Position numbers and translations under genes: made by a program
The notes under the pieces: generated by a model
Database searches by the model: none
Told to the model about the DNA's origin: nothing
Seen by the model: the letters and a program-made list of their open reading frames with translations, nothing else
Part shown: piece after piece, positions 48,313-58,782 of the stretch
Numbering within the stretch: position 1 is the stretch's first letter
Layout: every line of letters begins with the position of its first letter
NCBI GenBank assembly: GCA_050253415.1
Contig: JBFWJC010000006.1
Coordinates: 32,001-96,000 of the forward strand
DNA length: 64,000 nt
Reading direction: 5' to 3'
From: Pedobacter sp.
Lineage (GTDB): Bacteria; Desulfobacterota; Desulfuromonadia; Desulfuromonadales; Syntrophotaleaceae

Positions 48313-51300
48313 TTAAAGAGTAATCCAACCATCCAGCAATGGAAAATAGAGTGCCGTGCGCATCACGCGCGAAGGTTCCATGGCCTGCATCAGGCGAACA
48401 TACAGTTCCAGTTGACCCTGATAAATCCGAGCCTGTTGCCGTATGAATGTATCTTCGTCCGATCCTTTACTATCGCCGGTTTTATAATCCACAATCCAGC
48501 GGACCCCCTTATCATCGAGAAAAGTGCGATCGATCTCCGCATGCACCACACGCCCATCGACGACCCCGGAGAGGGAAAGTTCGCAGGCAGCCTCCTGATG
48601 CGCGGAAAGGATCCACCTGCCCCGCCGGCTTTGCAAGGTTTTGGATAGCGCCAGCACCACCTTTTCGGCAGCCGCAGGCAAGCGGTCTTCGGCAATGCCC
48701 ATGCGACCCAGACGATGAATCATCATCTGACCCTCGTTTTCGGCACGTTCTACCGGCCAAAGATCAAGGCCCTCCGCGGCAATGCGTTCAAGATAAGCAT
48801 GTACCAGACTGCCGATATGACGCCCCTCTTCCGTTTCGGGCATGAGGGTCGACGCCACCGTATGTTGGGCCGACGATGACGGACGCAATACATCCACCGA
48901 TACCGCCTCGTAGCCGATGGGCATGACGGGAAGTTGCCATTCAACAGGCAGCCGCCGCAACCCGGCAAAAGTTTTCACTTCATCTGCCGAGCCGGGTGAC
49001 AGAGGGTCAAGCCCTGCAAAAGAATCTTCAACAGCCGGCCATAATTTTTCCAGAAAGGAACTCCTTGCCGGTCGGAACACTCCGTCCGCGGCCGGCCTTG
49101 CATAGCCAAGCAAATGGAGTCGTTTTTTGGCCCGCGTGGCTGCAACATACAGAACCCTGGCGATTTCCAGATCGTTCTTCTGTTTTTCGATGCGTCCGAT
49201 AGCATCGTAAATGGCATCACGACCCGGACCGCCCAAAGGCGCCAGAGGCGCTAACAACAGCCCGGTATCAGGCAGTTCAAGCCAACGCATCAGAGGCGCG
49301 TCTTCGGCGCGGGGTCGCCTGCCGAGTCCGGGTAAAATCACGGTGTCAAACTCCAGCCCCTTGGCTTTGTGAATGGTCATAACCTGCAGGGAGTCGTCGG
49401 CACCGGGATCAGGGGCCGCATAGAGCTTGCCAAGTTTGACTTCAAGTTCCTCCAGAGGCAACAGATCGCCGCCATGGTCGAGTTGTTGCAGCAGACCGAA
49501 GACCGCCTCGGCATCAACCAGGCCGGCATCGTCCAGGCACCCCGGCCCTCCCAGGGCCAACCATGCCCCCTCTACCAGTGATCTCAGTGGAGTTCTGCCC
49601 CGCTGGGTTGCAACCTGGTTCAAAACCGCTGTAACACGCGCCAGACGCTTGCGGCCATCCTCGGAGAGAGGGTGCAGGCGTTTGGGTTGACGCAGCAATT
49701 CTGCCATCGTGACATCGGGCATTTCGCCGCAAAGGATATGAAGATCATCCAGGCTCAATCCACACCAGGGAGCGCGCAGTACCGCCAGGTGCGCAATACG
49801 GTCGGAGGGATGGAGCAACGCCCGGGTCAGAGCCAGCAGGTCTCGTGCCACAGGCCGGCCGGCAAGAGGATCGATCTCCTGGGCGCGAAACCGCAACCCC
49901 GCCTCGTGAAAAGCACGCAGAATCTCCTGAAGATGACTGCGCGCCCGCACCAGTACGGCAACGCTCCCCTGGGGATCGTCCCGCCGAGCCTGCCGAACAA
50001 GTTCCAGAACCTGCAAAGCCTCGGCACGGTCGTCGCGGTTCGCCAGGGCATGGCAGGTAACGGCCTGGATATCCAAAGATTCCCGGGCAGCGACCGAAGG
50101 GGCATACGTCACGCCTCCCAGGGCTTCGTCCTCGCGATCAGGGAACAAACCCGGGAATACGCCATTGACCCAATCGACGATACCCGCCTGGGATCGGAAA
50201 TTGGTGGTTAGATACAGCGGTTCGAGATGCAATTGATCGATGCCGTGATGGCGCGCTTGAAGATACAGGCCGACCTCGGCCTCACGAAACCGGTAAATGG
50301 ACTGCATCGGGTCACCGACCAGAAACAGACTGCGACCGTCACCCTGCTGCCAACCGGAGGTCAGTTTCTTCAGCAACAGGAACTGCCCCCAGGAAGTATC
50401 CTGGAACTCGTCCACCAGAATATGCCGGATGCGACTGTCAAGATGCAGCAGCAGGTCGGTCGGCGCATCGACCTCGCCAAGCGCCCGGCCGGCCGCCAGG
50501 GCAACCTCGACAAAATCGCTTTGGCCACCCTCTTTGAACACCAGCCACAATTCCGCCACGGCCCGTGGCAACAGGGTTGTCAGAGCCTGCAAAACCTGCC
50601 ATTGCTCAGGTTCATAAACCACCGGTGGCAAGGCACGAACCTCGGCAAACAGTTCGGCAACCGCATCGTGTTGCCCGAGTTCCTCCAGCAGCTGCCCCAT
50701 ATCTTGCTTCATGGAGGCGAACGGTTCCTGCTTACCGGGGGGGAATCCGCAATTTTTATCCAGACGTTTGCGCAACGTACCGCCGCCTGTCAGCAACAGA
50801 TCGGCCAGACCGCGCCAGATTGCCACCTCATCCGCCGATATCAAGGGAAAACGGTCTACCCCGGCAAGAGCCGTAATGCCGTTTTCGATACCCTGTGACT
50901 GCAGATTGGCCGCGGCCAGGGCGCCCAGACGGATCATGCGGTCTTTGTGCTCCGGACTCAATATCCGATCCACTTGAACCAGCACACCTTCAACCAGACA
51001 GCGCAGCCCCCCTTCAAGAATCAGGCGCTGCTGTTCGGCCTGCTGCCCAAAAAGGTGACGCAACCAGTGATCGCGCCGGCCGAGCATGCCGACCAGCAGA
51101 TCGCGCAGCCGCTCCATGCGATTGTCGAGATGCGCAAGCAGCAGGCAGGCCGCTTCACCATAAGTACTTTGGCTATCGGCCAGCGCCAGCACCCTTTCGG
51201 CGGCCTGTCGATAAAGATCGCCTGCGTCCTCTACAATACTGGCCTGGGCGCCGAATCGCGACTGCCAGGGCATGCGCCGGACCAGGGAAGCGCAAAAGCT

Positions 51301-51669
51301 GTCGATAGTCTGTACAGCCAATCGCACGGGATTTTCCAGCAAACGCCAATCGTAACGCGTATCGTTGTCCAACACCTGCCTGGCGAGTCGCCAGGTGGTG
51401 CGGGCATGTTCCGCTTCCGGTTCAGGCCCGCGAGCTGCCTCCAGTGCACGCACCAGGCGATCACGCATTTCACCGGCGGCTTTACGCGTAAAGGTAATGG
51501 CCAGCACCTCCTCGGGGCGCTCGACCACTCCCAGCAAAGCCAGCATTCTCTGAATGAGAAGTTCGGTCTTGCCGCTGCCCGCGGGAGCCTGCACGATAAA
51601 AGTGCCGGATGGATCAAGCGCCCGCCGCCTGGCATCGTAATCGGGTGGCTGTGTCAGACGCAGTTTCAT
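48313..51669 (-). CDS. addA: AddA/RecB-like UvrD helicase with PD-(D/E)xK nuclease
   Basis: APAGSGKT, VDEFQD, VGDPMQSIYRFR, TIHKAKGLEF, YVAATRA, C-terminal IDR…VDYKTG. Confidence 0.88.
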   Translation of the reverse strand: MKLRLTQPPDYDARRRALDPSGTFIVQAPAGSGKTELLIQRMLALLGVVERPEEVLAITFTRKAAGEMRDRLVRALEAARGPEPEAEHARTTWRLARQVLDNDTRYDWRLLENPVRLAVQTIDSFCASLVRRMPWQSRFGAQASIVEDAGDLYRQAAERVLALADSQSTYGEAACLLLAHLDNRMERLRDLLVGMLGRRDHWLRHLFGQQAEQQRLILEGGLRCLVEGVLVQVDRILSPEHKDRMIRLGALAAANLQSQGIENGITALAGVDRFPLISADEVAIWRGLADLLLTGGGTLRKRLDKNCGFPPGKQEPFASMKQDMGQLLEELGQHDAVAELFAEVRALPPVVYEPEQWQVLQALTTLLPRAVAELWLVFKEGGQSDFVEVALAAGRALGEVDAPTDLLLHLDSRIRHILVDEFQDTSWGQFLLLKKLTSGWQQGDGRSLFLVGDPMQSIYRFREAEVGLYLQARHHGIDQLHLEPLYLTTNFRSQAGIVDWVNGVFPGLFPDREDEALGGVTYAPSVAARESLDIQAVTCHALANRDDRAEALQVLELVRQARRDDPQGSVAVLVRARSHLQEILRAFHEAGLRFRAQEIDPLAGRPVARDLLALTRALLHPSDRIAHLAVLRAPWCGLSLDDLHILCGEMPDVTMAELLRQPKRLHPLSEDGRKRLARVTAVLNQVATQRGRTPLRSLVEGAWLALGGPGCLDDAGLVDAEAVFGLLQQLDHGGDLLPLEELEVKLGKLYAAPDPGADDSLQVMTIHKAKGLEFDTVILPGLGRRPRAEDAPLMRWLELPDTGLLLAPLAPLGGPGRDAIYDAIGRIEKQKNDLEIARVLYVAATRAKKRLHLLGYARPAADGVFRPARSSFLEKLWPAVEDSFAGLDPLSPGSADEVKTFAGLRRLPVEWQLPVMPIGYEAVSVDVLRPSSSAQHTVASTLMPETEEGRHIGSLVHAYLERIAAEGLDLWPVERAENEGQMMIHRLGRMGIAEDRLPAAAEKVVLALSKTLQSRRGRWILSAHQEAACELSLSGVVDGRVVHAEIDRTFLDDKGVRWIVDYKTGDSKGSDEDTFIRQQARIYQGQLELYVRLMQAMEPSRVMRTALYFPLLDGWITL

Positions 51670-54353
51670 GACAAATCCTCATCATCGAGTAAAACATCCT
51701 GGTCGGCAATACGACACAGGGAATGCAAATCACAGCGATCGCATGCCTTGCTGGCATTGAGCGGGTCGACGCCAGCTTTGCCGTTGGAAAAATCGCTGCC
51801 GAGTTGTTGCAAAGTACTGCGCCAGGAATGCAGCAGTTCATCCCAATCGGCGATGGCGGTCCCCTCCAATTGCCGATGGCCGGCTGCCCCGGCAACTCCC
51901 GGCAGCAGCTCGCTTTCTCGGCCGAGTCCGACGAAGCTGCAATCTCCCCGTCTGACCTTGGCAAAAGCCACCGCAGCCAGATCGGAGCCATGGCGGCCAA
52001 GGGTGTACAGGGGCAACTGCGGTTCCACCGGGCGATCGCCCAGCCAGTCGGCCACCGTCGCAAGACCGGTTTTGTAATCAATAATGACCTGCGAACCGTC
52101 TTCCAGACGATCGATACGGTCGATGCGGGTCTGCAACGTCAAGGGTCCGAAATTTTCGCGATGCCATGCCTCCAGAGTCTCGATATTGAATGGTGGACGC
52201 CCCGCCTCGACTTCGAGCCACTCCCGCAGCAAATCCGCTAAGCGTTGACGTTCCAATAGTCTCTGGCTGGTCGACAACGGCACCCTCCGTTGTGCCGCAA
52301 ATTCATCCAACGCCTGATCGCTATACTTCAGAATGAGCGCGCACAGGCCGTCTGAATCCAGCTCGGATAATTGGCGCCAACCGCCTATTTCCAACCAGAA
52401 CAGTTCCAGGATGCGATGCACCAGCGATCCCCGATCGAGCCCGTCGAGCCCAAGGCTGGCTGTGGCCAGCCCCCAGGCCCCGAGTCGATGGCGGGCAAAG
52501 GCACGAAACGGACAGAGCGCCTGGTCTTTAAGCAGTGCGGTGCCACCCGACACCCTGGTCCCATCCGGAATGGGCGGTCCCTGGAGATCGGTCAAGCTTT
52601 CAAGACCTTCAACCGAATCCCGAATCAGCAAAGTGGGCTTGCGGCTGTCAGCCAAAACCGGCGCAATCGGCGGCAGATGTTGAACCAGAGGGCTCGGCTG
52701 ACGTTCCCGGCCATCCATGTGTTCCGGCCAGCTGACGACCAGCGTCAGGGCACAACTCAATAAGCGCTGCGACAGTTTGTGCGCGAAATCGAGTTCCCTG
52801 GCTGCATCGGCATGGGGCATTTTAAGCTTGCGCTGCAACTCTGGCGGGATAAAAGGATTAGGACGGGCAGGCGCCGGTAGCGCCTCTTCATGGACGCCCA
52901 GCAGCCACAGGGCATCGAACTGCATCCCGGCCGCTTCCAGAGCCCCCAATACCTGGACGCGCCCTTCGGAACCTTCCGGTTGGAAAATCTCCTCAGCAGC
53001 CAATCGTCGCAGTAATGCAAGAGCCTCACCGCGCTGGATCGGCTCGGATACCGTATCCAGGCAGGCCATGGACGCAAGCAACTCTTTCCAGGCTGTAAAC
53101 ACCTGATATTCGCGACTGGTAAGGCTGCGATCTCCCGGCCATTGACAAGCATCCAGCACCTGGGCGAAATGACGCGACCAGGCACCGGGTAGACGCGGCT
53201 TGGTTTCTTTAAGCAAATTCCCAATGATTTCGAGTTGCCGCGCAAAAATATCGGAGCGTCCGAGTTTTTTCTTGAACCCCTGCTCGGCAAAATGCAGCAC
53301 CTGCTTAAGAGGCAGTTCCGTCATGCGCAGGTTGCGCAGTTCCCGATCTAAAATCGACCGCGAGTATTGTTCGGACAGATGGCCCCAGATAAACGGCGAA
53401 CGCAGTAAATAACTCAAACTGTTGAGAGATACGGTTCGGCCAACGGACAATAGTTCGAATGCGGCGGTTACCATGCCCTCTTCAATCAAGCGGGTACCAA
53501 GGGACAAGTTAAAAGCCTTTTCGGATGCGGATCCCGGCAACAAGGCTGACGGCGACAACTCTTCCCGGAAAATACGTTGTAAACGCTCCTGGTAGGCCGC
53601 CATATCCACCGCGACGATGCCGATGCGACCGAGGTTACCTTCGAGAAGATGCCTGGTCCAACGTGCACAGCAGCGCACCTCCTCGTCGGGATCGGCATAC
53701 CCGACGCGCCCCATCGATGGAGACACACACGCCGGCGGCATCCAACGGTGGATGGCCACACCGCGCTGACTCAAGGTACGGCATAAAGCTTCAACCGTGG
53801 GTGTCAGATCGTCGAACCCCGCCAGCCACAGATTGCCGGGCAGGGAAACATTCGCTTGCTCTAACGCTTGCACAAGCCGCGAGGACAAAAGCGCAGGGTC
53901 TTCCCAACCGCCCGACAGGCATAAGCCCTGCCAACGTTGACGCCAGCGCAAGAAAGTCCGGTGGTCTTCTCCCCCTTCTTCAGGGGTAAAAGCAGTACCG
54001 TATTCGCACAGTAACTGATGAGCCTTGGCAGCCTGTTTGGCGGCATCGGGAATCCGCATGAGGCCCTCTCCCGAAGCGTTCAGATCGGCTTCGACAGCAC
54101 GCTCCCAAAGCCGCAGAACCTGTGCCTGGTCAAGGGTCCTGTCATCAAGTCGGAGGCTTCCCACCAACTGACGTTGCCAGGCCGAGAATGAATATACCGC
54201 CGGAGATGTCCATACCGCGCGCCCCTGACTCTGTTGCCGCCGGTCATAACCCTGGCGCAGATAGCGGGCCAGGCGCTTGTTAACGGTCAGCACCAGGTCC
54301 CCCTGCTCGAGGCGCCCCAATAAATCCTCCAGGGGAATGGCCTCTATTTGCAT
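51666..54353 (-). CDS. addB: AddB-like protein with Fe-S PD-(D/E)xK nuclease
   Basis: CPF…RIDRID…IIDYKTG…QL..Y…CDRC…C iron-staple nuclease; ATGA overlap with addA; start MQIEAIP inferred. Confidence 0.82.
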   Translation of the reverse strand: MQIEAIPLEDLLGRLEQGDLVLTVNKRLARYLRQGYDRRQQSQGRAVWTSPAVYSFSAWQRQLVGSLRLDDRTLDQAQVLRLWERAVEADLNASGEGLMRIPDAAKQAAKAHQLLCEYGTAFTPEEGGEDHRTFLRWRQRWQGLCLSGGWEDPALLSSRLVQALEQANVSLPGNLWLAGFDDLTPTVEALCRTLSQRGVAIHRWMPPACVSPSMGRVGYADPDEEVRCCARWTRHLLEGNLGRIGIVAVDMAAYQERLQRIFREELSPSALLPGSASEKAFNLSLGTRLIEEGMVTAAFELLSVGRTVSLNSLSYLLRSPFIWGHLSEQYSRSILDRELRNLRMTELPLKQVLHFAEQGFKKKLGRSDIFARQLEIIGNLLKETKPRLPGAWSRHFAQVLDACQWPGDRSLTSREYQVFTAWKELLASMACLDTVSEPIQRGEALALLRRLAAEEIFQPEGSEGRVQVLGALEAAGMQFDALWLLGVHEEALPAPARPNPFIPPELQRKLKMPHADAARELDFAHKLSQRLLSCALTLVVSWPEHMDGRERQPSPLVQHLPPIAPVLADSRKPTLLIRDSVEGLESLTDLQGPPIPDGTRVSGGTALLKDQALCPFRAFARHRLGAWGLATASLGLDGLDRGSLVHRILELFWLEIGGWRQLSELDSDGLCALILKYSDQALDEFAAQRRVPLSTSQRLLERQRLADLLREWLEVEAGRPPFNIETLEAWHRENFGPLTLQTRIDRIDRLEDGSQVIIDYKTGLATVADWLGDRPVEPQLPLYTLGRHGSDLAAVAFAKVRRGDCSFVGLGRESELLPGVAGAAGHRQLEGTAIADWDELLHSWRSTLQQLGSDFSNGKAGVDPLNASKACDRCDLHSLCRIADQDVLLDDEDLS

Positions 54354-54727
54354 GATTTGACTCCCGTCGGGCGGAAAAATATCCGCCAGAGCAGGTAGAC
54401 AAGACCTGCACCAAAAGTGTTGGCGACCGCATCCCCGAACTGAGCGACACGCTGACCGGTTAAGGCCTGCGCCCCCTCGAGAAGCACGCCATAAACGATC
54501 GCCAGCCCCAGAGCCCGACTCCAGGCGCGCGCCGCGCCCCAAAACGGCGCCAAAGCCCAGCCGCCAAGTGCGGTCAGGAAGGCATAAGCGAGAGCATGTT
54601 GCGCCTTATCCCAGGAAAGAACGTCCCGGATGATATGCGGAGGGCGGGGAATCACAGACAGCACGAAGATAAGCATGGCAAAAGCGACAAACAACACCAG
54701 ACGCACCGATGCAGGAAACTTGATCAT
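54344..54727 (-). CDS. VanZ family membrane protein
   Basis: DKAQHALAY, EGAQ…R…GDAVAN motifs, about 4 TM. Confidence 0.8.
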   Translation of the reverse strand: MIKFPASVRLVLFVAFAMLIFVLSVIPRPPHIIRDVLSWDKAQHALAYAFLTALGGWALAPFWGAARAWSRALGLAIVYGVLLEGAQALTGQRVAQFGDAVANTFGAGLVYLLWRIFFRPTGVKSCK

Positions 54728-54966
54728 AAAAGCCCTTAGGGAGGAATGATCCAGGGCAGTACCTGGAAAAGACAAATCAATGATTGCCAAAAAACATATT
54801 TTGAGCTCGGGAATATCGGATACTTCGAAGTAGGTTCAAGTTACCCTATTTTCCAGTTTAAAAAAAGCTAAGAAGTCCGAAAATTCGTTGAAATTTACCC
54901 TTGCAGGATGGCGAATATGTGTTTCCATTGAAAGCGTAGTGATACCTATCACAGGAGGATCAAACC

Positions 54967-55497
54967 ATGACCAGTACAAAATACTTCGGAAAAATCATCC
55001 TATTGCTCGCCCTTGGATTTTTTGTCATCCCGGCAACCAGTCAGGCAAACAGAATGCATAAGGGTAGCGGCTACCACATGATGAACTCAGGCATGATGTC
55101 GCAACTCACAGACGAGGAACAAAAAACCGTCATGGACCTGATGCAAAAATACCATGGCCCCATGATGGAGCTCAAGAAACAACTCTATGCCAAACGTGCT
55201 GACCTCAATGCAGTGATGGCCCAGGAAAAATTCGATGGCAAAAAAGCCCGCGCACTGGGCAAAGAAATTTCCGCACTCCAAAGCAAATTCATGGATCAAC
55301 ACATGGAAATGTTTATCGAGATGCGTGAAAAAGGCGTCTCCTACTACGGCACCTGCATGTCGGGCGGCACAATGGGCCGCGGCATGATGGGGCCGGGAAT
55401 GATGATGGATGATGGCATGATGGGAACCGGAACAATGATGGACGGCAGGAATACAGACATGATGAATCAGAACATGATGCCGTCCAAGCAGGAATAA
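54967..55497 (+). CDS. Periplasmic Spy/CpxP/ZraP-like protein, Met-rich
   Basis: Signal peptide, LTDEEQ helix hairpin, Met/Gly-rich termini; AGGAGG SD. Confidence 0.78.
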   Translation: MTSTKYFGKIILLLALGFFVIPATSQANRMHKGSGYHMMNSGMMSQLTDEEQKTVMDLMQKYHGPMMELKKQLYAKRADLNAVMAQEKFDGKKARALGKEISALQSKFMDQHMEMFIEMREKGVSYYGTCMSGGTMGRGMMGPGMMMDDGMMGTGTMMDGRNTDMMNQNMMPSKQE

Positions 55498-55544
55498 ATC
55501 CCGTCAACAGCTTTTCCCTTAACAAACGGTGATTATGAATTGCC

Positions 55545-55579
55545 AGGCGGCATGTCGAATCTTCTGACATGCCGCTTTT
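55545..55579 (+). terminator. Intrinsic terminator
   Basis: GCGGCATGTC/GACATGCCGC stem plus TTTT. Confidence 0.75.
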
Positions 55580-55745
55580 CTATCCCCTTCCCCTCTATCA
55601 ATTTTCAGACCTTTTTGAATGCCCTCTACACAATCCACGAAAGTCATTGTCGGGGAAAAAGTCCGGTGGTTTGACTTTGCGAATTTGACCACTAATCTTT
55701 AATCATGCAGCCCCCTGATAAATCCACAAAAAGAAAGGAGCAAAG

Positions 55746-55988
55746 ATGCATGGTATCGGTTTTATGGATGGCTGGAGCATGATGAGCCCCGGCATGTGGA
55801 TTTTCATGCTGTTGTTCTGGGGTTTGGTCATCGTCGGGATTGTGGGTATTATCCGCTGGCTTGCCGGTCGAGACCATCGCCAGAATAGATCGGAAACAGA
55901 AACGCCGCTGGAAATTCTTCAAAAACGATACGCGCGCGGGGAAATCGAACGCGAAGAGTACCAGCGGATGAAAAAAGACCTTGAATAA
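55746..55988 (+). CDS. SHOCT domain membrane protein
   Basis: Met/Gly N-terminus, single TM, LEILQKRYARGEIEREEY. Confidence 0.88.
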   Translation: MHGIGFMDGWSMMSPGMWIFMLLFWGLVIVGIVGIIRWLAGRDHRQNRSETETPLEILQKRYARGEIEREEYQRMKKDLE

Positions 55989-56238
55989 CCTCTGTCCATC
56001 ATCGGAAAAATTCCTGGCGTAATGCTGCCTTCCAAAACCAGGTCAGGAATAAAATGATCACCCGTTTAGGGCATTTTTTCGCCGATGCCTTTATGTCTCT
56101 TTCGCGGGAGCATGGGACTACGTACGCCCCTTTGCGCCTGATCGGATTCATCGAGCTTGGCATAAAGACATAGCTTGCAAACGAAGTTCCCAAGTTTAGG
56201 CTCAATACATAACCCGAACTTCAGCCGGAGCCATCCTG

Positions 56239-58638
56239 ATGTGCGCAAAAACCATCTTTATAATGCCTATTATTTTCCTTTTTTTAACATCCACCGGACT
56301 GGCTGCCATCCGGGAATATCACCTTACAGTGGACCGGAAACAGATCGTCATTCAGGGCAAACAGGCCCCAGGGATGACGATCAACGGCCAACTACCCGGG
56401 CCGACTCTGCGCTTCAACATAGGCGATATCGCCCGCATTCACGTCACCAACAAAATGGATGTGCCTACCTCCATCCACTGGCACGGCGTACTTGTACCGC
56501 CGGGGATGGACGGTGTCCCCTTTGTCACTCAGCCCCCTATCGCTCCGGACACCACCTTCACCTACGAGTATCCCATTCGCCAGACCGGTACCTACTGGTA
56601 CCATTCCCACGTCGAGCTGCAGGAACAAAGCGGTATGTACGGTGCAATCGTCATTACCGGCGAAGAATCGTCCCTGCAGGTAGATAGAGACGAGGTGGTG
56701 CTTCTTTCCGACTGGACCACCGATGACCCCCACGAGGTGTTGCGGACCCTGAAACGAGGCAGCGAGTGGTTCGCCCTTGAAAAGGGCTCGGGTCAGAGCA
56801 TTTTCGGCGCCGCCAAAACCAACAGCCTGGGAGACTATTTCTATCGGGAATTACAGCGCATGCCACCGATGGATATCGCCGATGTGGCTTACGACTACTT
56901 TCTGGCCAACGGCACCCCGCACATGACGATTCCCGCCAAACCTGGTGAAAAGGTGCGGCTGCGTGTCATCGATGGCTCGGCTACCAGCTACTTTCATCTG
57001 CAGTACGCCGGAGGTCCCATGACCATCGTCAGCGCCGACGGACAACAGGTGGAAGCCGTCGAGCAAAACCGGTTTCTCATTGCGGTGGCAGAAACCTACG
57101 ATGTATTGGTGACCGTGCCCGCCGACGGCTCTTACGAATTCCGGGCGACCGCCCACGACGGCTCCGGCCGCGCCTCCGTCTGGATCGGCACAGGCACCAA
57201 ACACCCGGCGCCGGATATCCCTAAACCAAACCTGTACCGGGCCATGCACCGCCCAGCCCTTGCGTCACTCTTTTCCCTGACCCCGGCCGGCACCATGGGC
57301 ATACCCGACACCCTGGTGGAACAAGGCCGTTTCGACGCCCCCGGCATGATGGGGACGATGAATATGCACGAGATGGGGCACGCTCCCCCCGGACATGAGA
57401 TGGACCATATGCGACCTGAGCAGCAGATGATGAGACCAGGCCGCGAAGCTCACCCCCCTTCCCCATCCGAGCCGAGCGGCATGAGCGACATGAACCTATC
57501 TCATAAACATCATGCCGTCCCTTCTACCACGATCGGTTCCGAATCGGCCGGCCCGGACCTTGAACCTGCTACCCTGACTGCAAACCGGTCCGCCCGACCC
57601 TACGGGACCCGGTTCGGCTTTCTGCAGACGGACATAGCCGCCCGGAAGGCTCTGGCCATCGAAGGCGGCGAACAGCGTCCCGGGACGCCCTATGCCACCT
57701 TGCGCTCCACCAGACCGAGTACCCTGCCGGCGAATCGACCGATCCGGGAGGTCCGTCTGACCCTTGACGGCGACATGGAGCGGTATGTCTGGTTGTTGAA
57801 CAACCAGCCGTTGTCCGAATCGGACCACATCCTGATCAAAGAGGGTGAAATCGTCCGCTTCATCATGATCAACCGCACCATGATGCATCATCCGATGCAC
57901 CTGCACGGGCATTTCTTTCGGGTGATCAACGGCCAGGGGGACAACGCGCCCCTCAAGCACACGGTTGACGTGGCCCCCATGTCGACCACCGTTATCGAAT
58001 TTTACGGCAATGAAGTTGGCGACTGGTTCTTCCATTGCCATCTGCTCTATCACATGAAAAGCGGCATGGCGAACTTCGTCCATTACCAGGAATTCCAACC
58101 CGATCCACAGGTGTTGGCGGTACGCCCCCGTCTCTATCACGATCCATGGTACGCTTGGGCCAGGGCGGACCTGCTCAGCAACATGACCGAGGGCAAAATA
58201 TCCCTAAGCAACACCCGGATCATGCTGGACGGATCGTGGGAAGTAGGCTGGCAGAAGGTTGACGAAACCGATTGGGAGGCAATGGTCTCTGCAGGCTGGT
58301 ACCTGAACCGTTTCACTTCCTTCTTTGCTGGCGTGGATGCCCTGGGAGAAGGCTCGCATGCGGAAGATTTGCGAGGTCTGATGGGGTTGAAATATCTTCT
58401 GCCACTGAATATTGACCTGTTCGCCTGGGTGGACACGGAGGCCGGAGCCCGGGTTATGCTGGAAAAGGATCTGGAACTGACCCCCAGAATGAGCCTTCAC
58501 GGCGAAGTGGAGTATGACACCCACGATCAATGGGAAGGCGCTGCTGCCCTGCATTACCTGCTGACCAAAGATCTTTCCCTGATTGCCACGTGGCATTCCG
58601 AATTCGGTTATGGCGGCGGAATTTCTTTACGTTTTTAA
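56239..58638 (+). CDS. Multicopper oxidase (CopA-like) with C-terminal beta-barrel-like domain
   Basis: HWHG, WYHSH, HPMHLHGH, HCHLLYHM copper motifs; Met/His linker; amphipathic beta C-terminus ending in Phe. Confidence 0.9.
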   Translation: MCAKTIFIMPIIFLFLTSTGLAAIREYHLTVDRKQIVIQGKQAPGMTINGQLPGPTLRFNIGDIARIHVTNKMDVPTSIHWHGVLVPPGMDGVPFVTQPPIAPDTTFTYEYPIRQTGTYWYHSHVELQEQSGMYGAIVITGEESSLQVDRDEVVLLSDWTTDDPHEVLRTLKRGSEWFALEKGSGQSIFGAAKTNSLGDYFYRELQRMPPMDIADVAYDYFLANGTPHMTIPAKPGEKVRLRVIDGSATSYFHLQYAGGPMTIVSADGQQVEAVEQNRFLIAVAETYDVLVTVPADGSYEFRATAHDGSGRASVWIGTGTKHPAPDIPKPNLYRAMHRPALASLFSLTPAGTMGIPDTLVEQGRFDAPGMMGTMNMHEMGHAPPGHEMDHMRPEQQMMRPGREAHPPSPSEPSGMSDMNLSHKHHAVPSTTIGSESAGPDLEPATLTANRSARPYGTRFGFLQTDIAARKALAIEGGEQRPGTPYATLRSTRPSTLPANRPIREVRLTLDGDMERYVWLLNNQPLSESDHILIKEGEIVRFIMINRTMMHHPMHLHGHFFRVINGQGDNAPLKHTVDVAPMSTTVIEFYGNEVGDWFFHCHLLYHMKSGMANFVHYQEFQPDPQVLAVRPRLYHDPWYAWARADLLSNMTEGKISLSNTRIMLDGSWEVGWQKVDETDWEAMVSAGWYLNRFTSFFAGVDALGEGSHAEDLRGLMGLKYLLPLNIDLFAWVDTEAGARVMLEKDLELTPRMSLHGEVEYDTHDQWEGAAALHYLLTKDLSLIATWHSEFGYGGGISLRF

Positions 58639-58782
58639 TCGGTTATTTTATGGTTACCCTTGATGGGCCATATATTCTACTCAGAAGGAGTATCCGGTTT
58701 TTAATCAAGAGTCGAAAAGATTTTCTGTACCGGCAGTAGAAAAAAAAGTATTCGAGCCATTAAATGGACAGGCGCGCACGAA

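Noticed and set aside
50947..52077. 376-aa plus-strand ORF and many other long ORFs overlapping addA/addB
   Set aside because: Antisense shadows of GC-rich genes; no motifs or RBS
56084..56171. Imperfect 13-bp inverted repeat upstream of the multicopper oxidase
   Set aside because: Mismatched, widely spaced arms and no known operator or riboswitch pattern; too weak to call
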